Positions 53,566 through 64,000 of a stretch of 64,000 bases of DNA are shown here, piece after piece. This stretch comes from Squalus acanthias (taxonomy: Eukaryota), in NCBI GenBank assembly GCA_030390025.1, contig CM059432.1, positions 12,462,001 through 12,526,000 of the forward strand, written 5' to 3'. Every line of letters begins with the position of its first letter. The first letter of the stretch is position 1. The notes beneath the pieces are model-generated. The model did no database searches, was not told where the DNA came from, and worked only from the letters and a program-made list of their open reading frames with translations. The position numbers and the translations under genes are program-made.

Positions 53566-54135
53566 CCTAATTTTGCTCAGTGTCCCACTGTGTTTCCCTG
53601 TCTCTGTGCAAGGGTGGGCTCCGCTGTGGATGCGGTCAGCCGACCAAAAGAAGGCAACAGGAGCTCCCGAGACCCCGGAACCATCGCCGCAGTTTCCGCT
53701 TCCTGCCAGCCGGCTCCGTCTGCTTTCTCACTGACACAGCGTCACACGGAATCAGGGGACCTGTAGTTCTAACAGCTGCAAAACTGCACGGTTCACCCAC
53801 TCTTCCTGACTTCGTACATATCTAGAGAACTACACATGCACACACACATAAACGTGCACCTACATGTACTTACTATTATACTATACATACACTTAATCAT
53901 TGTCCATACAGTTGAACACATAATACAACTGTATGAATGTTTCATATAGGTTTTGCGCTTAAGAGTAGGCTGGAATAGACAACTTAGTTGATAACTGAAG
54001 AATTAAATATAGCTTATTCCAGCAATGAAGAACACGTTACATTAATCCAGGCTGCAGAATGACCCTCTCCAGAGCAGCTGTTCAAGGAGAGGTGGATATT
54101 ATGCAGGAAGTTGGTGGAGGTGGCAAGGAGATGAA

Positions 54136-54322
54136 GGAACTGGGGGGGAGACGGTGGAACTGGGGGGGGAGACGCTGGAACTGCGGGGGGAGACGCTGGA
54201 ACTGGGGGGGGGGGGGGGGGAGAGGGAGGAACTGGGGGGAGAGGGAGGAACTGGGGGGAGAGGGAGGATGAATATATTTCTGGTGGAGAAACTGAGGGAT
54301 GGAGGAGGAACTGGGGGGGTTG
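54136..54322. repeat. G-rich degenerate tandem repeat (ggaactggggggg...)
   Basis: About 8 GGAACTG(G)n units. Confidence 0.8.
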
Positions 54323-54409
54323 AAGGATGAATACATTTCTGTATTAACTGAAGTATGGAGTTGGGAAAGACAGTGGGAGAGCACTGGAGAGATCAACCCA
54401 TGGTGTGTT

Positions 54410-54545
54410 TAGGGTGGCCAACCCTCCCATGTTGACCTGCAGTCCCCAGGAGGTTTAATCGTTAATTCCTGGACACTGTTGCGCGCAACCCAGGAGAAAA
54501 TTCATAGGGGCATTAAAAACCAATGGTGTGTTTTTCATTCCATTT
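54410..54545. mobile_element. Possible hAT-type MITE end fragment
   Basis: Begins TAGGGTGGCCAACC, resembling TAGGGTTGCCA hAT termini; no second end found. Confidence 0.4.
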
Positions 54546-55129
54546 TCATTTTTTTTCCCCCCCTCAAGAGGCACTTCCTGGGCGTGCTCAGTTGTTCGTC
54601 TTGTGTCTTCTTCACGATTGGACGCAGATGCTTTTTTTTTTGAGATAAGGAAGATGTTCGTTCATTTGTGTGAATGTAAAACTAACTTTCTTTAAACATT
54701 CCTGTAACTGCACTTACAGAATTGCCAAGACTTGGAATTAAAATAGGGAGAGGGGTTGGAGAGATGATTTAAAAAGAAAATACACTGGAATTCCCATATC
54801 TCGGATTTTACTGCAGTGCTCCACGGAGATGTGGACCACTGGCTTATCGGTGAGTGCAACACTCGGTTGCGTTCTGTAACACCGAAAGCTGTTTGCAGTT
54901 TGTCTACGCGCTCATGTTACTTTAGGGACCAGAGAGAGAGAGGTGACAACATCTGCATTAGAGTAGTCAACATCCAGGGCAAAATGTGAGGGATGACATT
55001 AATAATCAATAGATTGCAGATCCTCAGACTGGAGCCAGTCAGGTCCACTCGAGAGCACAAACTCAGCTCCCCCTTTGCAAACCATGTTTTTTGTGCAATT
55101 TTAGTTTTCTTTAGCAACTGCAGTAAGTA

Positions 55130-55548
55130 CAGGAAACTTTCGTTTATCCGGCATCGACGGGACCGGCGTGGTGCCGGTTTATCGAAAGTACTGGATAACG
55201 GAGAGTTATATCTACCGAGGCTATTTTTAACAAAGAGACTCCAGGCAGCGCGGGAGAATCAACTCCTGCTACTGTAGTGTTTCGGACTTCCGACAGCGCC
55301 AGGAGGCCGAGTAGTGGCACTTTTGAAAAGTACCCCTACTGACTAAATCGGCGTTCGCGGACTCGGACTCGGGATCGGCAACATTGCCGGTTATTTGAGA
55401 GGAGTTTTCGGAGCACTCGCCGTTCGCGGAGACTCGACTGCGACTCGGCAACATTGCCGGTTATTTGAGAGGAGTTTTCGAAGGATGATTTTTGCCGGTT
55501 AAGCGAGAATTCCGGATATTTGGGTGCCGGATAAACGAAAGTTTCCTG
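55130..55548 (-). mobile_element. Same MITE family, copy B (419 bp), inverted relative to copy A
   Basis: Same 24-bp TIRs and TA flanks; interior is the reverse complement of 33851-34263 with few differences. Confidence 0.93.
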
Positions 55549-56108
55549 TAATGGTTCTTAGTTTCAGTGTATGAAAGTGAACCTTTATGACAGAGTCAAA
55601 AAAAACCCCCAAGATAAGCTGGATGACAGCACATGAACGCTTTCACACAACCGCTTTCACACAACATTCCTCTGTCTGCTACTTAAATGGAGGCATTACC
55701 TGTTTATTTTAAGTGGGCTATCAGATACCCTCAATCGAGGTAACCCACCCTGCCCCTCAGCTGCTTCTGGGTTGCCACGGGATCCAGAGCAGTGACAGCT
55801 ATTTTTTTTCCGTATTTTAAATACTTGTAACCTATCCAGGAGAAAATTATTTTTTAGCTTGAAAAGGTAGAATTGCAGAAAATTCATAAATATACCAGAA
55901 CATTCACCAAGTGAAATGCCAATAATCAACATTTTCAGGGGGTTTGGGGGAAGCTACATCCACACCGCAGGGCTTCAGCACCAAAATCGCCTGCAGTATT
56001 TTCTAAGTTCACCACTGCTGTAAACGTTGGCACTTTAAAGTTTTTTTCCTTGGAATGAAAGTGATGGAATGTCGGGTACACCTGCAGCTTAAGGGCTGAT
56101 AAGACAAT

Positions 56109-56854
56109 GGCCCAAAAATTAGTCTCAGTACGCGAGAGTACGCACTGTGTACTCTCGCGTATTCTGTCTCCAATTGCCGGTTTTCTGCATGCACTGCGCA
56201 TGCGCTGAAAACCGGCACTTGGTGAACTCAAAAGGGGGCGGTTCCTAAGTGAACCGCGTGCGCGCTACAGGCTGCGCGCACGCAGTGCACTTAGTGCTTT
56301 GAACGCGCAGGTAAGCATGGAAGATTTTGCACATAAAGAAAGGAGGCGTAAGACCCTCTTTTAACAAGGTAAGTAGTTAATTAAGTATTATTTTAAATTT
56401 TTTTCAACAGGTATATCTTTTTTAGAGACTTTAAAGAAAGGTAAGTTTATTTTTATAACTTTTAAAAAGATTTTAAATTTTTTCAAAAATTTAATTTTTT
56501 GTTTAAAGTGGTTAATTTAATAAACTATACTTATTTTATTAATGTGATGGCTTTTTTTTTTAAATTTAATTGAGGTTTAGCTGTTCTTTTGGGGGGGGTA
56601 TAGATTCATAGCTTTCACAGCCCTTGCTGTCAAAACTATGAATGAAAGATGGTGTGCTGCCATTGGCTCTAACTGAATCACGTGATCCCACAGCTCGCAC
56701 GAATTAACTGCGTCTCTGGGATACGCACACACTGCACAGCTGCAGCCTTGAAACTAAAGTTCGTGTGAGCTCGGAAGGAAAAGGCAGGCGCGCAGTGAGA
56801 CATCGCGGGGAAGCCTTACCCCCGCAGGAAGGCTCCGTCTTTAATTTCTGGGCC
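56109..56854 (+). mobile_element. PIF/Harbinger-like MITE, hairpin family copy 2 (746 bp)
   Basis: TIR GGCCCAAAAATTA/TAATTTCTGGGCC; TSD AAT. Confidence 0.85.
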
Positions 56855-56882
56855 AATGTGTCCCACTGCACTTTGAGTCTAA

Positions 56883-57252
56883 GGGGGAAAAATTCAGTTG
56901 GTTGCGCCTCCCGTTAGCACCTTAAGAGGGCGCTAATGGGGCGCAAATCATCTAGCGCCCGGGCGCGGCGATGTTTGTGCCGCTCGCGAAATTAACTAGA
57001 CATTTTGCGGCGGCGCTAAACACTACCGCCACAATCTCCTGCGCCGGCAGATCGTGACGTCAGTCGAGTGCGCAACGCCCCGGTATCGCCCCGGAGCGGA
57101 TATTGAGTGGCGCCCCCTGCCTTACCGCCTGCCGCTAGCAACGACAGGTTGAGGGGAGCGTTTTGCAGTCAGGAAGGGACTGGGGGAGCACTATTTAAAG
57201 GCGACCGCTTCCTGCCTTTTATTATTGGTGACATTTTTGAACCACGCTTTCT

Positions 57253-57283
<31 letters not shown>

Positions 57284-57785
57284 CTGGAGAGATTCAACGC
57301 TGTGTGAAGGAGTTTTTGGTACTGAGCAGCACTTTGCAGGTTCATTTTGATTTGCCCTTCCTTGTATCGATTTAGAAGAGACTGTGGGGGCTGCACTCTG
57401 AGCTCTTTGCCTGGTACTCTCCTTTGTTCTTTCCAGCAGATTTGATGTACAGGTCTCTCCAGGCCGAGATTCAAGGCTGCAATGAGCAGGATGTGGATGG
57501 AAAGCAAGATCAAACCTTCCCTTTAAGAACTGGCCCGTGCCATTGTGTGTGTGTTCCATTGCTGACTGACATCACATGAGCTTCGCCAGCGCTCTGAGGT
57601 AGCGCCTCGCTCCTCGGCCTTTGCGCCTTAAGACAGGTGTGAAGCGCCTGATTTAGCGCTCCAATCACCTGCAGGGGCGATAAAAGTCAAGTTTGCAGTC
57701 GGTGGCGATAATTAGCCCCAGGCGCTAATCTTTGCGCCCGGCCGATAATTGCGCCCCAAATGGGGCGATACTGAATTTCTCCCCC
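56883..57785. mobile_element. PIF/Harbinger-like MITE (903 bp)
   Basis: TIR GGGGGAAAAATTCAG/CTGAATTTCTCCCCC; canonical TAA TSD. Confidence 0.88.
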
Positions 57786-57799
57786 TAACTTCTTGTTCT

Positions 57800-58950
57800 A
57801 AAGAAAGAACAAACTTGCATTTATATTGTGCCTTTCATGACCACCGGACGTCCCAAAACGCTTTACAGCCAATGAAGTACTTTTTGAAGTGTAGGCACTG
57901 TTGTAATGTAGGAAACGCAGCAGCCAATTTGCGCACAGCAAGCTCCCACAAACAGCAATGTGATAATGACCAGATAATCTGTTTTAGTGATGTTGATTGA
58001 GGGCTAAATATTGGCCCCAGGACACCGGGGATAACTCCCCTGCTCATCTTCTGAAATAGAACATAGGGGCCCAGATATTCCGATCACAGGCCTCCTGCAG
58101 GCGGAGGCCTGCAATGTGGAAAAATCTGCGCCCTTACCCGAGGGCTCCCGGGAGGCGCACAGTTCCGATGCTGGGCCTCTCCAAACTGCCGGTGCACAGG
58201 GCCCATGTATCCCAGGGGCGCAGGTAGTTCGCAGCGCCCCTGGGATCACGTGGGCCATGGGGAGCCAATCACAGAAGGGAATCTCCCTTCATACATTTGA
58301 CAGGAAGACCTGTCAAATATATGAATGGAGATCACCCCCAAAACATAGTAAAACTTTAAATAAATGTTTTAAAAATCACATTTTAAATGACTTGAAAGTA
58401 CAAATAAATTAACTATTTTAAACAAAACTTTAAATTTTTGAAAATAATTTCTAAAAATAAACGTACCTTTTTTTAAAGTATTTTTAAATGATAAATCAGT
58501 GGAAATTTTTTTTAAAAAACTTTTTTTCAACTCTTATCCTGGTAAAAGCAGGCCTTTTACCAGGCGCAAGAATTGTAAGTGTTTTCTGCGGGCGGAGGGT
58601 CTCCAAAAAGCAGAACTATCCGCCCGCAGAGGCCGAGCTGGAGGATCTGTCGAGCTTTCTTGACAGATCGGAAATGCCGGTTTCCAGCGCATGCACAGTG
58701 CATGCCTGAAACCGGCATTCCCGATGTCCCTACGGGTGAGTACACAGCGCGTACCCACCCATAGGGATCGGAATATCCGATCTTTTACGTCCACCTGAGA
58801 GAGCAGACGGCACCTCCGACAGTGCAGCACTCCCTCAGCACTGCACTGGGGTGTCAGCCTAGCTTTTTGTGCTCAAGTCTCTGGAGTGGGACTTGAACCC
58901 ACAACCTTCTGACTCAGAGGCAAGTGTGCTACCCACTGAGCCACAGCCGA
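57800..58950 (-). mobile_element. DeuSINE split by a Harbinger-like MITE (pieces 57800-58060 and 58779-58950)
   Basis: Sequence resumes at gatcttttacgtccacctgagag after the MITE. Confidence 0.85.
58066..58778 (-). mobile_element. PIF/Harbinger-like MITE, hairpin family copy 3, inserted in a DeuSINE
   Basis: Reverse-complement homology to 51983-52733; inverted match GATATTCCGATC/GATCGGAATATC; outermost right TIR bases lost. Confidence 0.8.
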
Positions 58951-59249
58951 TTTAATGTGTCATAAGGCCTATATCATGGGCTGTTTTGGAGCGGTTATCT
59001 TTTTGAGGGCTATCTCAACTTTTTTATATAAAGCGATTGATCAGATTTTGCTAATTTTAGGATTGTCATAGATACACTGACTGCTTTACATACTGAGGAT
59101 ATGGATGGGATTTGGTGGCTTGTCAAAAAATGAAACAGCGGCAGGTGCATAGCTTATAAATCCTATGCAGGTGCTAGCCATGAGTGCTTTTTTTCAGGTA
59201 ACCACCCGAAATGCGTTTTATTCATATCACAATATTTCTTTTTTGACTC

Positions 59250-59660
59250 AGTCATAAGAAATAGAAGCAGGAGCAGGAGTAGGCCATACGGCCCCTCGAG
59301 CCTGCTCCGCCATTAACATTCTCATCCTTGTATTGAAATCCCTCCATGGCCTCACCCCCCTCCCTATTTCTGCAACCTCCTCCAGCCCGACAACCCTCCG
59401 AGGTCTCTGCGCTCCTCCGATTCTGCGCATCCCCGATTTCCATCGCTCCACCAGTGGTGGCCGTGCCTTCAGCTGTCTAGGCCCTAAGCTTTGGAATTCC
59501 CTTCCTAAACCTCTCCGCCTCTCTACCTCTCTCTCCTCCTGAGTCCCTCCTTACAATACCTCTTTGACCGAGCTTTTGGCCACCTGTCCTACAAATTTTT
59601 ATGTGGCTCGGTGTCAAACTTTTGTCCGATTACGCTCCTGTGAAGCGCCTTGGGGTGGTT
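59250..59660 (+). mobile_element. L2 3' end (59315-59660, +) abutting an inverted CR1 tail (59250-59314, -)
   Basis: RIPDFHRSTSGGRAFSCLGPKLWNSLP; cataagaaatagaagcaggagc tail complement. Confidence 0.85.
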
Positions 59661-60632
59661 TTAGGAGGTGAAATTCCTTGGGGTGAGGGGGGTGAAATGT
59701 GAAATTCCTGGGGTGAAAGGTGACATTCCTGGAGTGAGGAGGTGGTGGAGAAATACAGTTCAGGTGATGATGATGTCTGAAATTCAGAATTATGAAATTG
59801 AATTTTTTTTTTTTAAATTTAATGGTAGTTATTCACCCTACTAGTTTTCTAAATTGTTACTCTGCGTTTCCAGATTTTATTTGCCTGCAATGAATGGGAC
59901 TACTTTTTAATTAGACACTCCACAATAGCGCATCACTGGTCTAAAAACAATATTAATTTGCCGTGTAGCTAGCCACATAACTGGCTGCGACTGTAACCAC
60001 TATAAATTCCTCTGAACATTGTGGCCTTGCTCGTTCCCCATTATAGTTCCCTATTCAGCTGAATATAGATACAACAGGTTTCCATTCCCCGCTGTTAGTG
60101 TTCAGCCAGCCAAGATCGTACCCCTCCCCCTAAAATGAATACATTTTGAGTTATATTTTTGTAGCATTTACAGTATCAATGAGCGATGGATTGAGATGGT
60201 GCTGTGATATTAGTAACATTTAGAATTTTTGGTCTTTGACATGGCTTGTCAAGTCACCTTATACCAGACTGTTGCCTGCTCGTTCTTTTACATCCTGGGA
60301 TTAGTTTATGACTAATAGATCAGCCATATTTCCACTGCATGGATAGGTTGTGAACTAGAATGATTGGGAAAATGGGAGTAGAAACTCAAAACAGGAAATA
60401 AATGTAGAACCACTGACTATACCAGTAAATGATCAGGTACTAAACCTTCCCAATTCTTAACATTTTTAGTGATGATCTATAGTTATGCATTTTGTTTGTT
60501 TGTTTTATTGTTCTCGGCTTCCACTCTGAAATTTATATTTACATGTTCCGAATTTTGCGATGCCCAAACACACTTGGTGTGTGTGCATTCCCAGGCTGCA
60601 CTGGTTTGAATTTGTAGCTTGATAGTGGGCAT

Positions 60633-60784
60633 AACATTCAGTGCACCCATCTATAATGCCCAAAACATTCAGTGCACCCATCTATAATGCCCAAAACATT
60701 CAGTGCACCCATCTATAATGCCCAAAACATTCAGTGCACCCATCTATAATGCCCAAAACATTCAGTGCACCCATCTATAATGCC
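60633..60784. repeat. 31-bp tandem repeat AACATTCAGTGCACCCATCTATAATGCCCAA, 5 copies
   Basis: Exact period of 31 with no spacers. Confidence 0.95.
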
Positions 60785-61559
60785 AGGTTCCTTCTTGCAT
60801 AGTTTAAAATCCTCAATCAATTGCAATAATTTTTTGAGTAGGGCTCAGGGTGGGAAGCCTTTCCATTTCAGTTTGTTGTAGTCCTGGGTATCGTCCCCTA
60901 TCTGCTTTTCGACTACCTAAAGACATCTTATCTTGGAGGTCCGCTGTGGACTTGTCCCATTACAGTTTTAGGGTACGCATCTGTAATTCCAGTGGTTTCC
61001 ATTATAAGTGGCGCTGCTTGCATTTAAGTTACAAGTTCTGCTTTTTGCTTCTGGAACTATGAAACAGCTTTCAGAAGAGTTCACTGTTGCCGTACACTAA
61101 ATAAGCTGCTTCGCGGCTACTGTGTTTGAGCAAACAATTCATAGAAAGAACCAGCTTCATGACATCCGAGGTTGGGACTGGATTTTATTTATTTGGATTC
61201 TGAATTAAGTTGGCTTTGGGAACCTGACCTTCACTTGTGTGGTCAGTTCCCTTCTAAAGAGTTCCCTATGGACCAATGGTCTCCCCATTAGTTTTGGTTG
61301 GTGGTGTGGGAGCGTAGAAAACCATTGCGCATGGAATAATTGTTTCTTGTAGACCATTTGCTTGCCTTCCTTTTGACGAGCGCTGCTCTGTTTTGTCTAT
61401 TACGATTAAACTTGTAATATTTTGGGAGCAACACCGGCCCCTCCTTTTAAACTTTACTTTCCGATAAGAATTTTCAAGATGGTGGCCAAATGATTCAACA
61501 GAGAGGTAAAGGCCATCACTGAACAATGTTAAATATCAAAACATCATCCAAACTTACAA

Positions 61560-63450
61560 CAGCCAGCACAACATTTTTAGACTATATCTGTTTATAGGTG
61601 TTTACTAAGGAGGTGAATGCTGACAAAATATCGGTAGAAGTGGAAAAGGTAGAAGCAATGGAAGGGGTGAAAATTGATAGACAGGATGTACTAGTGTGAA
61701 GGAATAAGCCATATAACCTATTCAGAAAAATACACTATCTTATGAAAGAATTCTGGCCTTATTAAAACATGACAAACTGGGTTTGGAAATTTAGAAACCT
61801 AACTATGAAATAGCTATGAAAGAATTCTGGCTATTGAGATAAGATAGTTGTTGACCCTGAATAAATAACCTTATTGAAACAGATGGTGAAGGGCTCCGAC
61901 AGGCTGAACTTTTGGGAATGAAACAATGGTTCACCCTGGATAAGGTGTTCTAATTTACACTTCGTAAAGAAGCACATAAGATAAGGAACATCTGCCCTCG
62001 TAAAGATGACATAAAGTAAGGAACACCTGCCGTCACACCGTTTTTATACGGTAAACTTAGAACACCTGAGACATGATTCTGTAATACTACCAGCTGATGT
62101 GGCAGTAAGAGTTGCAGAGGCCGGCAGAAAGATGACTAGAGATAATTAACTTGCATCAGCAGAAAACCTTAAAGGAAATACCACTGGAAAAAGGTATAAA
62201 TATTGAACTCTCAAATGGGATAACAGACTCGCTTTAATCGGGCAAAGCGATTCTCGGCTTCAGAGGCGGCTCTGTAAGTCTCCAACACTTTGTACCTCGG
62301 GATCAAAGGTATTTGATATTGGTGGATATCCTGTAGAACACTTTAAGAACTATAATACTGTAGTGAAGTTAAGATTTAAAAGTAAGATTCTCTGTTAATA
62401 AGATAGCATTTTTTTTCTTTTTAAAATTGTTAATGTTGCGATTGACTGATTTACCAACTGTAAATTGGAGAGGTTTAAGCTAATTAAGGAGAGCCAACAC
62501 GGATTTGTAAAAGGCAGATCGTGTTTGACTAATCTAATTGAATTTTTTGATGAAGTAGCAGAGAGGATTGATAAAGGGTATGCAATGGATGTTGTCTACA
62601 TGGATTTTCAGAAGGCGTTTGACAAAGTACCACATAGAAGGCTGGTTAACAAAATTGAGGCTCGTGGAATAGGTGGGTCAGTGGCAGCTTGGATAAGGAA
62701 TTGGCTTAAGGACAGAAAACAGCGAGTTGTGGTAAATGGCTGTTTTTCAGACTGGAGGATGGTAGACAGTGGTGTTCCTCAAGGGTCAGTGCTGGGGTCA
62801 CTGCATGACCTGGATATTGAAATACAGAATAGAATTTCTAAATTTGCTGATGACACCAAACTTGGGGATGTGGCAAACAGTGTGATGATACCAATTGACT
62901 GCAACAGGACATAGAAAGGCTAGCAGAATGGGCAGACAAGTGGCAGATGGAATTTAATACAGAGAAGTGTGAGGTGATGCATTTTGGCAGAAGGAACAGG
63001 GAGAGGCAATAAACACTTAATGGCACAGTTTTAAAGAGTGTACAGGGACCTGGGAGTTAATGTGCATAGGTCCCTGATGGTGGCAGGACATATTGAGAGA
63101 GTGGTTAACAAAGCATATGGGATCTTGGGCTTCATAAATAGAGGTATTGAGTACAAAAGTAGAGAAGTTATGCTGAACCTTTATAAAGCGCTGGTTAGGC
63201 CACAACTGGAGTATTGCGTCCAGTTCTAGTCACCACACTTTAGGAAGGATGTGAAAGCCCTTGAGAGGGCTGCAGAGGTGATTTACCAGAATGGTTCCGG
63301 GAATGGAGGATCTTAGCTACAAGGACAGGTTGGAGAACCTGGATTTCTTTTCATTAAAGCAAAGGAGGTTGCGGGGTGATTTGATAAGAGGTGTACAAGA
63401 TTATGACGGGTTTGGATAGGCTAGACGGGGAATGGCTGTTCCCACTAGTT
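61560..63450 (+). mobile_element. CR1 ORF2 fragments (interrupted 61695-62460)
   Basis: [51 protein letters not shown]. Confidence 0.93.
61695..62460 (+). mobile_element. Putative solo LTR or unknown insert within CR1
   Basis: Non-CR1 block starting TGTGAAG, internal direct repeats (tatgaaagaattctggc x2; taaggaaca.ctgcc x2) and TATAAATA near 62195; no clean TSD. Confidence 0.45.
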
Positions 63451-63451
63451 C

Positions 63452-64000
63452 TTTTAAATTTGTTCATGGGATGCGGGCGTTGCTGGTAAGGCCAGCATTT
63501 ATTGCCCATCCCTAATTGCCCTTGAGAAGGTGGTGGTGAGCCGCCTTCTTGAACCGCTGCAGTCCATGTGGTGAAGGTACTCCCACAGTGCTGTTAGGTA
63601 GGGAGTTCCAGGATTTTGACCCAGCGACGATGAAGGATCGGCAATATACTTCTAAATCAGGATGGTGTGTGACTTGGAGGGGAACTTGGAGGTGGTGGTG
63701 TTCCCATGCACCTGATGCCCTTGTCCTTCTAGGTGGAAGAGGTCGCGGTTTTGGGAGGTGCTGTCGAAGAAGCCTTGGCGAGTTGCTGCAGTGCATCTTG
63801 TAGATGGTACACACTGCAGCCATGGTACGCCGGTGGTGGAGGGAGTGAATGTTTAAGGTGGTAGATGGGTGCCAATCAAGTGGGCTGCTTTGTCCTGGAT
63901 GGTGTCGAGCTTCTTGAGTGTTGTTGGAGCTGCACTCATCCAGGCAAGTGGAGAGTCTTCCATCACACACCTTACTTGTGCCTTGTAGATGGTAGAAAGG
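63452..64000 (-). mobile_element. LINE family B 3' end, runs off the window
   Basis: Reverse complement of the same sequence. Confidence 0.92.

Noticed and set aside
60633..60784. 31-bp repeats of CRISPR-like length
   Set aside because: Head-to-tail with no spacers.
48500..64000. XL-type alternative first exon of GNAL
   Set aside because: No long ORF ending in an RLLLLG-type donor; the GC-rich blocks here are TIR-bounded MITEs.

Overview
Vertebrate genomic DNA, most likely a shark (elasmobranch), judged from HE1-like V-SINE, SacSINE1-like DeuSINE, CR1/L2 LINE and Penelope-type repeats. The only host gene I can support is GNAL (G-alpha-olf) on the minus strand. Its first four coding exons (43377-43515, 36040-36112, 35546-35600, 35259-35378; 139/73/55/120 nt, all GT-AG) splice in frame to 129 aa. 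I found no exon 5, so 1-35258 is inferred to be one large intron. Exon 1 and the likely promoter lie between a ~7 kb (CA)n(TA)n-AAA array filling intron 1 and, upstream, a ~4.4 kb minisatellite followed by a ~3.2 kb array of the reverse-complement microsatellite motif. Two inverted copies of a TA-flanked MITE bracket this whole block. The rest is transposon debris: CR1 and L2 fragments, SINEs, a decayed pogo/Tigger transposase with nested insertions, eight PIF/Harbinger-like MITEs (six of about 710-780 bp) and Penelope-derived inserts. The Penelope inserts carry five minimal hammerhead-ribozyme motifs, two of them facing each other in a ~365 bp palindrome. I found no CRISPR array and no real long ORF; the very long ORFs in the track are repeat artefacts. 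I cannot claim a proven new system. The best leads are the hammerhead arrangement within the GNAL intron and the mirror-symmetric repeat architecture around the GNAL promoter.
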